IMG/VR virus record: IMGVR_UViG_2933096044_000001 | Location: 35,146-99,145 of that record | Source of the DNA: a virus | Taxonomy: Duplodnaviria > Caudoviricetes | Strand: one strand, 5' to 3' | Length of the DNA: 64,000 bases | Shown here: positions 27,632-37,332 of the stretch, in pieces | Numbering within the stretch: position 1 is the first letter of the stretch | Layout: every line of letters starts with the position of its first letter | Made by a program: the position numbers and the translations under genes | The notes under the pieces: generated by a model | The model's database searches: none | Told to the model about the DNA's origin: nothing | What the model saw: the letters and a program-made list of their open reading frames with translations, nothing else

Positions 27632-28423
27632 TTAGTCGTCTCGGGCGAGCCGGTCTGCGGCGCAGGATCGGCAGGGTTCGGCCATGTAGGGGTGGGTGGG
27701 GCACATGCGGCCGGCGCCGCGGTGTTCGCGGGGTGGTTGGGGCAGGTACTGGCTGGGGTCGGCGCGGAGTGCTCGGAGGACGTACCGGTAGGGGTTTTTC
27801 ACGGTGCTGTGGGCGCGGCCGAGGATGTCGCGCCGGATCTGCGCGGCTTGCTGGTCCGTGAGGTCCTGCGCGGCGAGCGGAGCGAGTTCGCGCTTGAGCA
27901 TCTCGTCTACCTGGGAAAAGTCCTGTCCGTCTGTCTGGTTGTTGTCGTGGTCGCGCGGGGGGTACGGCGGGATAGATGACTGACTAGAGAAGTTGTGTTG
28001 GGAGTGGGATTGGGATGGGATTGGGGCAGCGTCTTGCGACACGTCGTCGGACGCGTCACGAGACGCGTCTCCCTGTGATCTTGACTGGTCTCGTTTCCGC
28101 TCAAGCCACCGCTCTTGACGTGCTCGTTTAGCGTCACGACCCTCCCTGATCTTCTCTGCGGAAGGCTGATATTCGAGGTAATCGTGCACGCACCAACCTG
28201 AGTCCGTTCTCTCCCACAAACCGACCGAAACCAGCTCACTCGCGTACCGTTTCGGAGCGCGAATGTCGCTCACGAACCTCAGGTCACGCTCCGGGATCAC
28301 CCCGTCGGTCAAGTTGTCGTTGCACCAGCACAGACCACTCACGAACAGGCGGAACGCCTGGTCGGACAGGTGCCGCACCTTCCGATGGTGCGGAAACTGA
28401 TCATCGACACGAACCCACGGCAT
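27632..28423 (-). CDS. phage replication initiator-like protein
   Basis: MPWVRVDDQF..H.K, TDGVIP, ELV..GLWE...HDY..YQP; C-terminal C..H....C..C. Confidence 0.65.
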   Translation of the reverse strand: MPWVRVDDQFPHHRKVRHLSDQAFRLFVSGLCWCNDNLTDGVIPERDLRFVSDIRAPKRYASELVSVGLWERTDSGWCVHDYLEYQPSAEKIREGRDAKRARQERWLERKRDQSRSQGDASRDASDDVSQDAAPIPSQSHSQHNFSSQSSIPPYPPRDHDNNQTDGQDFSQVDEMLKRELAPLAAQDLTDQQAAQIRRDILGRAHSTVKNPYRYVLRALRADPSQYLPQPPREHRGAGRMCPTHPYMAEPCRSCAADRLARDD

Positions 28424-28631
28424 CGAGCGCCGCCCTTCCCTTCCTGAACATGAAGCGGGGACCCGCCACCGAGGGAAGTGGTCGAGCCCCCACCGTATAT
28501 GCGCCGATATGTGCCCTGCGGCCCTGGCCAGGTTCGCGTGCTCCGATCATGCCGGGTGCTTCACGGCCCCGGGGAGTGGAGCGGCGATGCAAGTTGGTGC
28601 AGCCTTGTTGTAGTTCCTGCGTTAACCACCT

Positions 28632-28902
28632 TCACGCGCGCCGTGACGTCCGCCCCGTCAGGTCGTACACCTCACGCCGGCGCGGGTCGGACAACACGTC
28701 CCATGCCTCCGTCACCGCCTTGAACCGCTCGGCCGCCGCGGCGTCGCCCGGGTGTAGGTCCGGGTGGAGCTGGCGGGCCAGGCGCCGGTACGCCCTCTTG
28801 ATGTCGAGCGCGGTGGCCCTCTGGTCGACGCCGAGCCGCTCGTGCAGTCCGCCCGCTGTTGCCCCGCCAGTCGGTAAGCGTCATGGGCTGCTGCTCGGTC
28901 AC
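28632..28902 (-). pseudogene. J-domain (DnaJ N-terminal) protein, frameshifted near 28861-28866
   Basis: LHERLGV...[15 protein letters not shown]...[20 protein letters not shown] lies out of frame with the GTG/ATG start. Confidence 0.75.
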
Positions 28903-29342
28903 CGTGCGCCTTTCGTGTCGCTCAGGAAGCGGGCCAGCTCCCGCATGGCCAGCTCTGTTGCGTTGGTGCACCGCCGTGTCACCTCGTCGTCGAAGTACTC
29001 GGCGAACTCTTCCGGGTGCGCCTCGACCAGGCGGACGTACGCGGCTGTCTCCGCGTCCTTGGCAATGCGGGCCACACCGTCCGCGAACGGCAGGTGAAGC
29101 GCGCACACCGTTCGAAGTCGGCCGACGTCGGGCCGGGCGAAGGAGGTCGAGGAGTACCGGACGAGGACGACTGCAACGGGTGGGCCGCAGTCCACCCCGC
29201 GGGCTTTGCGGGTGACCGCGCACAGCGGATCATCGCTGTCGCGCCAGCGGCGCAGCCAGGTGTTGCGGTGCCGGTAGCTGGTGGACGTGCCCTCGACGAG
29301 CTTGAACCCGTCTCCGGGATGCTCGGGCTGCTGCTTGGACAT
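28899..29342 (-). CDS. hypothetical protein
   Basis: intact ORF in early operon. Confidence 0.5.
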   Translation of the reverse strand: MSKQQPEHPGDGFKLVEGTSTSYRHRNTWLRRWRDSDDPLCAVTRKARGVDCGPPVAVVLVRYSSTSFARPDVGRLRTVCALHLPFADGVARIAKDAETAAYVRLVEAHPEEFAEYFDDEVTRRCTNATELAMRELARFLSDTKGAR

Positions 29343-29349
29343 GGTCGTC

Positions 29350-29679
29350 TCAGACCGCCTCGTCGATCACGACTAGGGTTACCCGCGCGCCCTTGATCGA
29401 GCTGTGCTTGGCGCGGCGCTCGTCGGCCCGGGTCAGGTAGTCGCGGCCAGCGTCGGTCAGCCGTACCTTCCACACCCCAAGTCGGGGGTGCTCGACGGCG
29501 ATGAGGTGCAGCTGCGATGGGACGCGGAACGTCTCGTCTCGGGTGGAGAAGTCGGTGCCGTCGAGGCGGCGGCATCCTCGCGGTGCGGGCTGGAACAGCA
29601 CGCCGTCGCCGGTGTCGTGGTCGGCGATCTGCCTCAGTAGCGCGATCGAGGCACGCTTGAGCGGCTGGGGGGAGGTCAT
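29350..29679 (-). CDS. hypothetical protein
   Basis: intact ORF. Confidence 0.5.
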   Translation of the reverse strand: MTSPQPLKRASIALLRQIADHDTGDGVLFQPAPRGCRRLDGTDFSTRDETFRVPSQLHLIAVEHPRLGVWKVRLTDAGRDYLTRADERRAKHSSIKGARVTLVVIDEAV

Positions 29680-29682
29680 GGG

Positions 29683-30069
29683 CTACTCCTCGTTGTCTTC
29701 GGGGCTGGTGTCGGTGCTTTCCTGGTCGAGGAACCGCTTGCGGACGAGTTTGATCCCGTAGGCTTCGCCGCCGCGGGCGTGCGCCTTGGTGTAGGCCCAG
29801 GTGGGGGGCTGGTTCGCGATGATGGTGCCGTGGTCCATCAGGGCGTGCTTGACGACGGCGAACGCGTGCTCGGTGTTCATGGGGAAGCGGCGGGGGCCGT
29901 GTGCTTCCTTCCAGATCACGTACTTGCCGTAGCCCTGGGCGTGGGTGACGTCCGCAAGGATTAGGTATGCCTCGAACGGCTCGGCTTCCTGCCAGTCGAT
30001 GTCGTCCGGGTGGGCATACCTGTGCGGGTGGCGGATCAGGTTGCCGCTCGGGTCAACCGGGACTTGCAT
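29683..30069 (-). CDS. hypothetical protein
   Basis: intact ORF. Confidence 0.5.
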   Translation of the reverse strand: MQVPVDPSGNLIRHPHRYAHPDDIDWQEAEPFEAYLILADVTHAQGYGKYVIWKEAHGPRRFPMNTEHAFAVVKHALMDHGTIIANQPPTWAYTKAHARGGEAYGIKLVRKRFLDQESTDTSPEDNEE

Positions 30070-30361
30070 CGTGGTATCCCTCCTTATCGGTGTCGGGTTC
30101 GCGGTTGAGCAGGCGGCGCGCTAGTGCGGCGCCGCGCTCGTAGGTGCTGGTGTTGTCGCGCGGTTGTGTGGACGTCCACGGGCTCCGCTTGGCGTTCGTC
30201 GGCCGCCAGCCGTGGCCGACCTGGGTGTTGAGGTAGTCGAGCGCGAAGGCGTACGGGTCGGGCTGCTCATCCGCGGGGAGCTGGTCACGCTCATGGATGC
30301 GGCACGCGAGGGCCTGCGCGGCCTCGCTGATGGCGCGGCGCAGCGCCTCGACCCCCGTCAC
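30053..30361 (-). CDS. hypothetical protein
   Basis: GTGA-coupled start VTGVEAL. Confidence 0.45.
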   Translation of the reverse strand: MTGVEALRRAISEAAQALACRIHERDQLPADEQPDPYAFALDYLNTQVGHGWRPTNAKRSPWTSTQPRDNTSTYERGAALARRLLNREPDTDKEGYHDASPG

Positions 30362-30687
30362 GACGGCGCCCTTCGGGTCGCCCGCTGCGGCCGGCGTCGC
30401 ACCCATCCGAGGTGGATCGCGGCGGCGACGTAGCGGTCCACCATGCGCTTCGACTTGCCGGTCTCGGTGACGATGTCCTCGGCGGTCTTGCCTTCCCGTA
30501 CGAGGCCGGCGACGTGCATCACGATGCTTCTGCCAATGTCGTCCTTGGGCAGCCACGCGGGCGGCTCCACGGGCTCGGGGTCGGTGATCGTGCAGCCTGC
30601 CCGGGCGAGTTCGTCAAGGACGGCCGCGGCGGTGGGTGTCTTTCTCCTCAGGACGCGGGCGATGACTGTCTCGGCTGTGCTGGGCAT
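30358..30687 (-). CDS. HTH-containing protein
   Basis: GKTAEDIV.ETGKSKRMVDRY. Confidence 0.55.
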   Translation of the reverse strand: MPSTAETVIARVLRRKTPTAAAVLDELARAGCTITDPEPVEPPAWLPKDDIGRSIVMHVAGLVREGKTAEDIVTETGKSKRMVDRYVAAAIHLGWVRRRPQRATRRAPS

Positions 30688-30840
30688 TGGTTCTCCTACT
30701 GCTGTGGTGCCGGTGTGGCGCGGAGCGCGAGTTGCCGCGCGGCTGCGATGTCGTCCGGCGTGACGTGGCCCTCGACGACGGCGAGCAGGGTCATGCCGTC
30801 GTAGGACCAGATCGCCGTCCGCCTACGCGTTCGCTTGCTT

Positions 30841-30860
30841 CGACTGCGGTTCCGCTGGCG
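30841..30860. promoter_or_regulatory. motif copy 6
   Basis: CGACTGCG GTTC CGCTGGCG. Confidence 0.7.
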
Positions 30861-30995
30861 CTTGGCGTTGCTTGCGTCGTCGGCTGCGAGCACGGTTGGT
30901 CTCCTCGTTGGGGTCGGGAAGGGGTAGCTGGAAGCGCACGACCTGGCCGTCAACGATGACGGGCTCGCCGACCTCTTTGCGTTTGCGTCGGGGCA

Positions 30996-31184
30996 TCAGG
31001 TCCTCGGCTCCGTGTCGTCGCGCCTGGCGATGAGGTCCATCAGCCGGAAGTACGTGGGTGCGACGAAGACGACCATGCAGGCGAGGAACAGGAGGATGCC
31101 GCCCGGTTTGCTGTCCTGATAGATGACCCAGGAGGCGCCCGAGGTGGCGGCGAGGACGGCGAGGAACGCGACCAGACGGATCAT
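30996..31184 (-). CDS. small two-TM membrane protein
   Basis: two hydrophobic segments. Confidence 0.5.
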   Translation of the reverse strand: MIRLVAFLAVLAATSGASWVIYQDSKPGGILLFLACMVVFVAPTYFRLMDLIARRDDTEPRT

Positions 31185-31729
31185 GCGGCCCTCCGCTCAG
31201 CAAGCTTGACGTCCTTGAGGATGCGCCGGTGTGAGTTCGGCAGTGGGAACGTGGGGACGCCCAGCAGGTCGAGGCCGAGCCAGCGCAGCCAGGCGGCATC
31301 GCATTCGTCTTCGGTGGAGAACTCGAGGCCGGCCCGCTTCAGCGCGGCGGTAGCCATCTGGCTCTTGGTCGCGTCGCCGCTGCCGGTCGCGTAAATCTTG
31401 AGGTGCTTCACATTGACCAGTGCGAGCGTGGCACCACTCCGCCAGCAGGCCAAGCGGATGTTGCCGCTGATCTCAGCAAGCCGGTGAGCAGCGGCAGAGC
31501 GCAAGCTGGCGGCGTAGTCCTCCAGTACGAGCATGTCCGGCTTGAGCCGGAACAGCACGTCGTAGACGTGGGCCTGAATGAGGTCCATGCGGGCGAGGTC
31601 GTCGACCAGGGTGCGCTTGCCCTTGACGTTCGGCGCGACGATGGTTTCGGTGGCGCCGTCCGGAAGTGCGAGGCCGGACTGTTCGGCTGCCAGGTCAAGG
31701 CCGACCACCTTGGGTCGAACGGGAGTCAT
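31181..31729 (-). CDS. RuvC-like Holliday junction resolvase
   Basis: VVGLDL...SG, LVLED, LK.YATGSG.A.K, DECDA. Confidence 0.85.
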   Translation of the reverse strand: MTPVRPKVVGLDLAAEQSGLALPDGATETIVAPNVKGKRTLVDDLARMDLIQAHVYDVLFRLKPDMLVLEDYAASLRSAAAHRLAEISGNIRLACWRSGATLALVNVKHLKIYATGSGDATKSQMATAALKRAGLEFSTEDECDAAWLRWLGLDLLGVPTFPLPNSHRRILKDVKLAERRAA

Positions 31730-31974
31730 GTGTCTTCCTTCGGGGGTTGGATCTTGTGGAGATCGTGGTCACGTACGAACTCCAGCCAGACGGCCAGGCC
31801 CTCCTGCCCGGTCACGTGCTCCGGCTTTAGAGCGCGAGCCCGTTGGTCGCGCCGTGCTCGGCCGACCCGCTGGTGCTTGCGTTGGAGCTGCACTCCGAAC
31901 AGCATCAATGCGGCTGCGGCCGACACGGTGATCGCGCCGACCGCAGCCAGGAGGTAGAGCAGGAGGTCTCTCAC
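31726..31974 (-). CDS. small membrane protein
   Basis: N-terminal TM. Confidence 0.45.
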   Translation of the reverse strand: MRDLLLYLLAAVGAITVSAAAALMLFGVQLQRKHQRVGRARRDQRARALKPEHVTGQEGLAVWLEFVRDHDLHKIQPPKEDT

Positions 31975-32393
31975 GGGTGAGGCTGGGCCTCCGGGACGCG
32001 GTCGATCTCCTCGGTGTCGTCGTCGGCCGCGCTGATCCCAGCCTCGTTGAGGCGAGCGCGGAGGGTCGCCTGCCGCAAGTGCGCGGCCTGGAGGTCCTTA
32101 CGCGTCTGTACGAGGTCGCCGGTGAGCCGCGCGTTGTCCTCGATGGTCTTCATGGCGGTCGTGACGGCGTTCTCGTACTGGTTGTTCGCCAGCTCCATCC
32201 GGCGGCTGAGGAGGCGCCGCGCTGATTCGTGGCCGAAGGCGTAGCTGAGCGGGCAGCAGACTGCGAGCACCAGCACGACCGTGACGAAGGCCCAGATGCC
32301 CGCACTCGTGAAGCTGAGCGCGAAGTACGCCAGCACCCCCGCGAGAACGATCCACCGCTGGCGGCGGGTCAGCCGGTACCACCACTCTTCCAT
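31971..32393 (-). CDS. membrane protein with coiled coil
   Basis: two TM then coiled coil. Confidence 0.5.
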   Translation of the reverse strand: MEEWWYRLTRRQRWIVLAGVLAYFALSFTSAGIWAFVTVVLVLAVCCPLSYAFGHESARRLLSRRMELANNQYENAVTTAMKTIEDNARLTGDLVQTRKDLQAAHLRQATLRARLNEAGISAADDDTEEIDRVPEAQPHP

Positions 32394-32773
32394 CAGACGG
32401 CCTGCCCTTCGAGAGCGGCGAGGACTTCGTCCACGGTTCGGGCCGTGTCATCGTTCCAGTCCAGGAGCCAGTCCATCGGGGTCTGAATGCTCGTCTTCGG
32501 CTGCCCGAGCGCGGTGGCCAGCTCGATGACGGTGTTGATCACCGCCTGGTACTGCTCGTGCAGAGCCGGGTCGTTCTGCATGGCCACCCGCTTGCTTCCG
32601 TTCACCAGGCTGAGTGGCGGCAGTCCCGCGGCCTGGCCGATCGCCTCGACCATGCACAGCTTGCATTCCGTAGGAGTCCCGGAGTCGGCGAGGTAGTCGT
32701 CCCGGATCCAGCCGCGCTGGCGCAGAAGTTCAGCGGTCTTACGCCGGATCTCGGCGGTGTCAAGCGTCGCCAT
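32393..32773 (-). CDS. DUF6197-like protein (paralog 2)
   Basis: A.LL...GW...C...AI...WND...T..EV.AAL. Confidence 0.65.
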   Translation of the reverse strand: MATLDTAEIRRKTAELLRQRGWIRDDYLADSGTPTECKLCMVEAIGQAAGLPPLSLVNGSKRVAMQNDPALHEQYQAVINTVIELATALGQPKTSIQTPMDWLLDWNDDTARTVDEVLAALEGQAV

Positions 32774-33147
32774 CAGGCGGCCTGCCCTTCGAGCGCGCCG
32801 AGCACGTGGTCGAGGGTGGTGTGGGGCTTGTCGTTCCAGAAGGACAGCCACCGCGTCGGTGCCATCTCGTGCGCGGGTCGGCCGAGCGTGGCGGCGATCT
32901 CGTCGCAGAGCTCCTGCGCCGTCGCCCAGCGGGCGAGGTAGTCAGCGTCCACCGTGCCCGGCTTGAGAGAGGCGAGTGCGGTGGCGGGCAGGCCCGCGGC
33001 GAGGCCGATCGCGGCGACGAGGCAGACGCCAGTCGTCTTGCCGTTGCCGGAGTAGTACTTGCCCTGGATCCAGCCGCCCGTCCTGAGCAGGTCGGCGGCT
33101 CCGGCGCGGATCTGGGCCTTGCTGGGGGTGGAGGTGAGGGCGGTCAT
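32773..33147 (-). CDS. DUF6197-like protein (paralog 1)
   Basis: same motifs as neighbour. Confidence 0.65.
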   Translation of the reverse strand: MTALTSTPSKAQIRAGAADLLRTGGWIQGKYYSGNGKTTGVCLVAAIGLAAGLPATALASLKPGTVDADYLARWATAQELCDEIAATLGRPAHEMAPTRWLSFWNDKPHTTLDHVLGALEGQAA

Positions 33148-33271
33148 GCGTGTTCTCGCTTTCAAGGGTGTGATGGGGCGGAGGAGAGGAGGACGGTTGC
33201 CGTCGTGACGGCCAGGAGCAGCAGCAGACCCACTAGCGCCCACAGGTCGGGGCGGTCGCCGCGGCGGCGGT

Positions 33272-33529
33272 TCATCGGGGGCCACCGGCGGGGGCCCACT
33301 CGAGTTCCTCGGGCGTGCATTGGACGAGCTCGACGCGGTCTTGGCCGCCGTTCTCGGCTGCCGAGGTCGCGATCCGTTTCCACTCGTGTCCGGCGTACGC
33401 CAGTGGGAGGGGCCGGTCGGGGTTGACTGCCGCGTTGTTCACGAAGACCACCCAGTACGGGCCGGTCTCCTTCATGTAGTCGATGCCGGACGGGTCGATC
33501 GCGCCGTCCGGGAGGAGCTTGATCGTCAC
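33272..33529 (-). CDS. hypothetical protein
   Basis: coupled ORF. Confidence 0.45.
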   Translation of the reverse strand: MTIKLLPDGAIDPSGIDYMKETGPYWVVFVNNAAVNPDRPLPLAYAGHEWKRIATSAAENGGQDRVELVQCTPEELEWAPAGGPR

Positions 33530-33948
33530 GCGCGGCTGGCCTCGGGGAGTCGGGCCGGCTCGGCCGCGGCGGGCACGGGCTCACTTTTGCACTGCTCACC
33601 CGCAGGCACGGACTGGCCATTGACCGTGTGGTACCAGCCGAAGTTGGGCACCCAGTGCGCCGTTCGACCACAGCCTGCGCACTCGGTGGTCTCCGGCGTC
33701 TGCCCGCCGCTGCTGGGGTCGCGATTCTGGTCGGCGTACCGGATCAGGGCCTCGACCTGGCGGGCTTGTCTCTTCAGGGCGCCGATCTCGTGGTCGGCGC
33801 GCTGCTTAATCTGCTCGGCCTGGCCCAGGAGAGAATTGCGCTGCCCGACGAGCATCTGGATCGTATCGGCGGTGAAGTACTGCCCGAGAGGGTCGCTAGC
33901 GTTGATGCCGAGCGGGTTGCTGTCGTTCGCGGTGTTGTCGCTGGTCAT
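33526..33948 (-). CDS. coiled-coil plus Zn-ribbon protein
   Basis: CAGCG...W.H...C. Confidence 0.5.
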   Translation of the reverse strand: MTSDNTANDSNPLGINASDPLGQYFTADTIQMLVGQRNSLLGQAEQIKQRADHEIGALKRQARQVEALIRYADQNRDPSSGGQTPETTECAGCGRTAHWVPNFGWYHTVNGQSVPAGEQCKSEPVPAAAEPARLPEASRA

Positions 33949-34028
33949 GCCAACGGTCCTTTCAACGGTGGTGTGGGGGTTGGTGCCGTCCGGGCGCCCT
34001 GGCCTGTGCGCGGGCGCCCGGACGGGGC

Positions 34029-34424
34029 TTATCGGGTGTAGCCGCGGTCGAACTGCTCGACTAGGGCGGTGCCGCCGATGGCGTAGTACTTCAGGCGGCG
34101 CACGATCCGGCAGCCGGTGCATCTGCACTCGGCGGCGGGGATTTCGTCGTTGCGGTCGAGGTAGGCCCAGGTGGCGTGGTCGGCCACTTCCTGCCTCAGT
34201 ACGCGCAGGAGGTGGTCCCGCTCCGCTCGAAGCTCCGAGATCTCCTCGGCCAACTCGGCCTCGCGGCAGTCGCACGCAGTGCGGTGGGCACCGCATGCTA
34301 CGTACCGGATGTCCATCGTGTTCTTCGGCAGCGGCATCGCCAGCGGCATCTCGACGCGGGGATCACGCCAGGTCGGCGGCTTGAACCTGGCCACCGCGCG
34401 TTTGACGAGCTCTGTGGAGGTCAT
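34029..34424 (-). CDS. Cys-rich hypothetical protein
   Basis: C..H..ACDCREA, CRCTGC. Confidence 0.55.
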   Translation of the reverse strand: MTSTELVKRAVARFKPPTWRDPRVEMPLAMPLPKNTMDIRYVACGAHRTACDCREAELAEEISELRAERDHLLRVLRQEVADHATWAYLDRNDEIPAAECRCTGCRIVRRLKYYAIGGTALVEQFDRGYTR

Positions 34425-35884
34425 CAGAAGTCGCCACCCTGCTGCTCGCCCTGGGTCTCCGCTGCGAGCGCGGCCCTGGCGGCGTGGATCATCGTGTCCC
34501 AGGTGTCACGGGGCTGCTCGCTGCCGAGCGCCTGCTCCAGCAGCTCGGCGACCGCATCGATCTCCTCGTGGGTCAGGTCGTCGGCCTTCATGACCGTTCT
34601 CCCGAGCAGGTCAGACAGGTCGTGGAAGCGCTCCTCACCCTCGATGCCGAGCCGGTTGAACGACTCCCCGATCTGCCTGGCGCGGCTGTTGCGCAGCTTG
34701 GCCCGCTCGACCTGGAGCCGCTTCAGCTCGGCGACGACGCGCTGGGCCTGGCCGTCGTTGAGGTTCTTCGTGGAGCCCTCGACCTTGACGCCCAGGAAGT
34801 TCGACAGCCAGGTGAACCGGGCCTCGTCGTTCAACTTCTTGGAGCCAGTACCGGTGTGCGGAGTGATGCCCAGGTCCGTCATCAGGATGCCGATGTCCCG
34901 CAGGACCTTGGGGTCGGCGGGCTCGTCCTCGACGATGTCCGCGTCCACCGGCTCCTCCTTGCTGGCCGCAGGATGATGCTCGCCGCCGGCGGGCTTCTCG
35001 TCGTCGGGCGCCGCTGCGGCCGGTTCGCTCGCGGGCGCGGTGCTCGCCTGCGCCCCGTCCGGTTCCTGCGCAGGGGGCAGGTTCTCGCCCCGGCCGATCG
35101 CGTTGGCGACGTGGGCGGCCTGCGCGGACGTGAGGTCGGCGGCCGACTTGAACTCGTAGTCGGGGAACAGGTCACGGATGTAGCCGAGCTTGTCCGTGAT
35201 CCCCTTGGAATCCATCAGCTTGGCGAGGTCGCCGAGCTGCTTGGTGGTCGCCTTGACGACCCCGGTCACCTCCTGCGCGGCGGCTGCGGCCTCACGCACC
35301 GATGAGCTGCCCTGCACCGTGGCGTCGGTGACGACGTAGGAGCCGTCCTCGTTCATCGAAGCGCCCAGTTCTTCGGGCAGGTAGGACAAGCCGAGCAGCG
35401 CTTCCTTCGCGCCGTCCCTGCACACCTCGCCCTGGGCTCGCGCTTTGAGCATCTGCTCGGTGTACTTGGCGTAGTTGTCGTTCTGCTTGAACAACCCCGC
35501 TCGCTGGGCGCGAGCCACCGACCACTCGGATACGAACTCGAAGTCCGGGTCATCGGCTCGGATGAGGGTTGCCACGGCCTTCACCGGGTTGCCGTTGTCG
35601 TCGCGCTCGACCTTGATCCGTAGCTTGTGCCCGGCGCGGCGGACGAGAGCGGACATGAAGGCCGAGGATGGGCACGGCTTGCCCTTGATGACGTGGATCT
35701 CGGTGATGGCGACGACGGGGTCCACGCGGAGCGCGATGCCGTACTCGATCGCGTACAGGACGTTGGCGGGCTGCTTGCGGAAGGAATCCGGCAGCAGGCC
35801 AGCGTTCGCCAGCTCGTGCGCGTACTTGAGACGGTCGGGGACCGACCAGGACGCGATAGCGGGAAGGTTGTCGGAGGTGGTCAT
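34424..35884 (-). CDS. RecT-like single-strand annealing protein
   Basis: LLP..F...PANVL.AIEYG, IHVIKGKP, W...RA..AGL, ML.ARA; adjacent to exonuclease. Confidence 0.8.
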   Translation of the reverse strand: MTTSDNLPAIASWSVPDRLKYAHELANAGLLPDSFRKQPANVLYAIEYGIALRVDPVVAITEIHVIKGKPCPSSAFMSALVRRAGHKLRIKVERDDNGNPVKAVATLIRADDPDFEFVSEWSVARAQRAGLFKQNDNYAKYTEQMLKARAQGEVCRDGAKEALLGLSYLPEELGASMNEDGSYVVTDATVQGSSSVREAAAAAQEVTGVVKATTKQLGDLAKLMDSKGITDKLGYIRDLFPDYEFKSAADLTSAQAAHVANAIGRGENLPPAQEPDGAQASTAPASEPAAAAPDDEKPAGGEHHPAASKEEPVDADIVEDEPADPKVLRDIGILMTDLGITPHTGTGSKKLNDEARFTWLSNFLGVKVEGSTKNLNDGQAQRVVAELKRLQVERAKLRNSRARQIGESFNRLGIEGEERFHDLSDLLGRTVMKADDLTHEEIDAVAELLEQALGSEQPRDTWDTMIHAARAALAAETQGEQQGGDF

Positions 35885-36837
35885 GCTGCTGCGGCTCCTT
35901 GCAGTTCGGGGAACGTAGGAAGGTCGGATTCGACGACCAAGTGCGGAGTGCCGCCCTGCTTGGACTGGCGGCGGGCAATCTTCAGCCGGCCGTACCGGGC
36001 CTGGGCGGTGGTGCCCATCGCTTCCAGCAGCTCGGCGCGGACCTGCATCGCGTCCTTCTTGGCCGCTGCTGCTGCGGCTGCCGCTTGCTTCTCCTCCGCA
36101 AGGGCGGGGAACCAGCGGGCGGCCTGGTCGTCGGTAACGTCGTAGACGGTGTTCGGTTCGATGAGCGGGTGCCGCTTGTGGAGGGCCTTGACGGTCGCCT
36201 TGTGGCCGTCAACTGGCGGCATCTCGTCCCACGCGATCGACAGTTGGAACTCCTCGGCCTGCCTGCGCATCCACTCGGTGTCGGCCTCGTCGGGGAGGAT
36301 GGTGTACTCCCGGAACTCGAGGCCGCGGCCGATGAGGACAGCGACTCGCCATTCGGGCAGGCCGAGGACGTCCATGTACCAGCGGACTTGGGTGAGGTAG
36401 TAGAACGGGATCTCTGCTGTGCCCGAGGTGCCCCATTCGCGGCCGTCAGCGTCGGTCTTGAGCTCCAGCCCGCTGACCACTCGCCCATCCTGAAGGAGGA
36501 GCCGGTCAGGGTTGGCGAGCTGCCAGTCCCGGTCGGGGTCGGCGTGGATGTACGTACCGGCTTCGACGACCTCGAATTCCGGGTGCTGGAGGGCGAACCA
36601 GTTGGCGACACTGGGCTCCAGGATGTGGCCTCGGGCCTGGTCGTTGTCCTGCGGGTCGGGCTCGATGAGCCCGGCCTTCTCGCACCACAGGCTGTACTTG
36701 GACTGCCACTTGGAAAGGCCGACGATCGCGGCGACGTCGGATCCGCCGATGCGGTGCCGACGCGCCTCGTGCCACTCGGGGCTTCCGGAGGCCCACCGGC
36801 CGAGATACCGGCCGGTGGGGGTGGTGAGTGTGATCAT
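35881..36837 (-). CDS. YqaJ/RecE-like exonuclease
   Basis: W..ARR..IGGSD, G..LE, ANPD, LELKT, Y..QV.WY. Confidence 0.9.
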   Translation of the reverse strand: MITLTTPTGRYLGRWASGSPEWHEARRHRIGGSDVAAIVGLSKWQSKYSLWCEKAGLIEPDPQDNDQARGHILEPSVANWFALQHPEFEVVEAGTYIHADPDRDWQLANPDRLLLQDGRVVSGLELKTDADGREWGTSGTAEIPFYYLTQVRWYMDVLGLPEWRVAVLIGRGLEFREYTILPDEADTEWMRRQAEEFQLSIAWDEMPPVDGHKATVKALHKRHPLIEPNTVYDVTDDQAARWFPALAEEKQAAAAAAAAKKDAMQVRAELLEAMGTTAQARYGRLKIARRQSKQGGTPHLVVESDLPTFPELQGAAAA

Positions 36838-37223
36838 CAGAACGGCGGCTCGTCCTGGTTCCGGTAGACAAGCCGCCATGGGGCGTTCGTCACGAGCAGT
36901 TCGTCGAGGCCGTCTGCCGGGTAGCTACCTCGGGCGCTGAACAGCGTGACCTTGCTCTCGGTGCCGGGGACGACGCCGAACCACGCCAGACCCTGGCCGT
37001 CCTCCCAGACATCTCCCTGGCGCGGTGGCCAGGAGTACGGGGTGAGTGGCTCGACCTTGAGCAGCTTGGCTGCGATGGGGAGCGGGCCCACATTCAGGGT
37101 GCTGTACTGGTCGCGGAAGCTGAGGTACAGGAACCGGCCGCGCGACGTTGTCTCGACCGACTCGGTGTAGCAGTCGAGGATGGTGACCTTCAGCCGGTCA
37201 CCCTTCCTGATCTCTCCTTGCAT
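36837..37223 (-). CDS. hypothetical protein
   Basis: WPP..GDVW.D motif. Confidence 0.5.
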   Translation of the reverse strand: MQGEIRKGDRLKVTILDCYTESVETTSRGRFLYLSFRDQYSTLNVGPLPIAAKLLKVEPLTPYSWPPRQGDVWEDGQGLAWFGVVPGTESKVTLFSARGSYPADGLDELLVTNAPWRLVYRNQDEPPF

Positions 37224-37332
37224 CAGCTCTCCTGCTCTCGGCGGTAGACCCACTCGTCGTAGGTGGTCATGGCCTGTTCGGCCGGGTTGGTGGGGTCGCG
37301 CCACAGGCGCGGGCGCGGTGCCGTGTCGGTGG

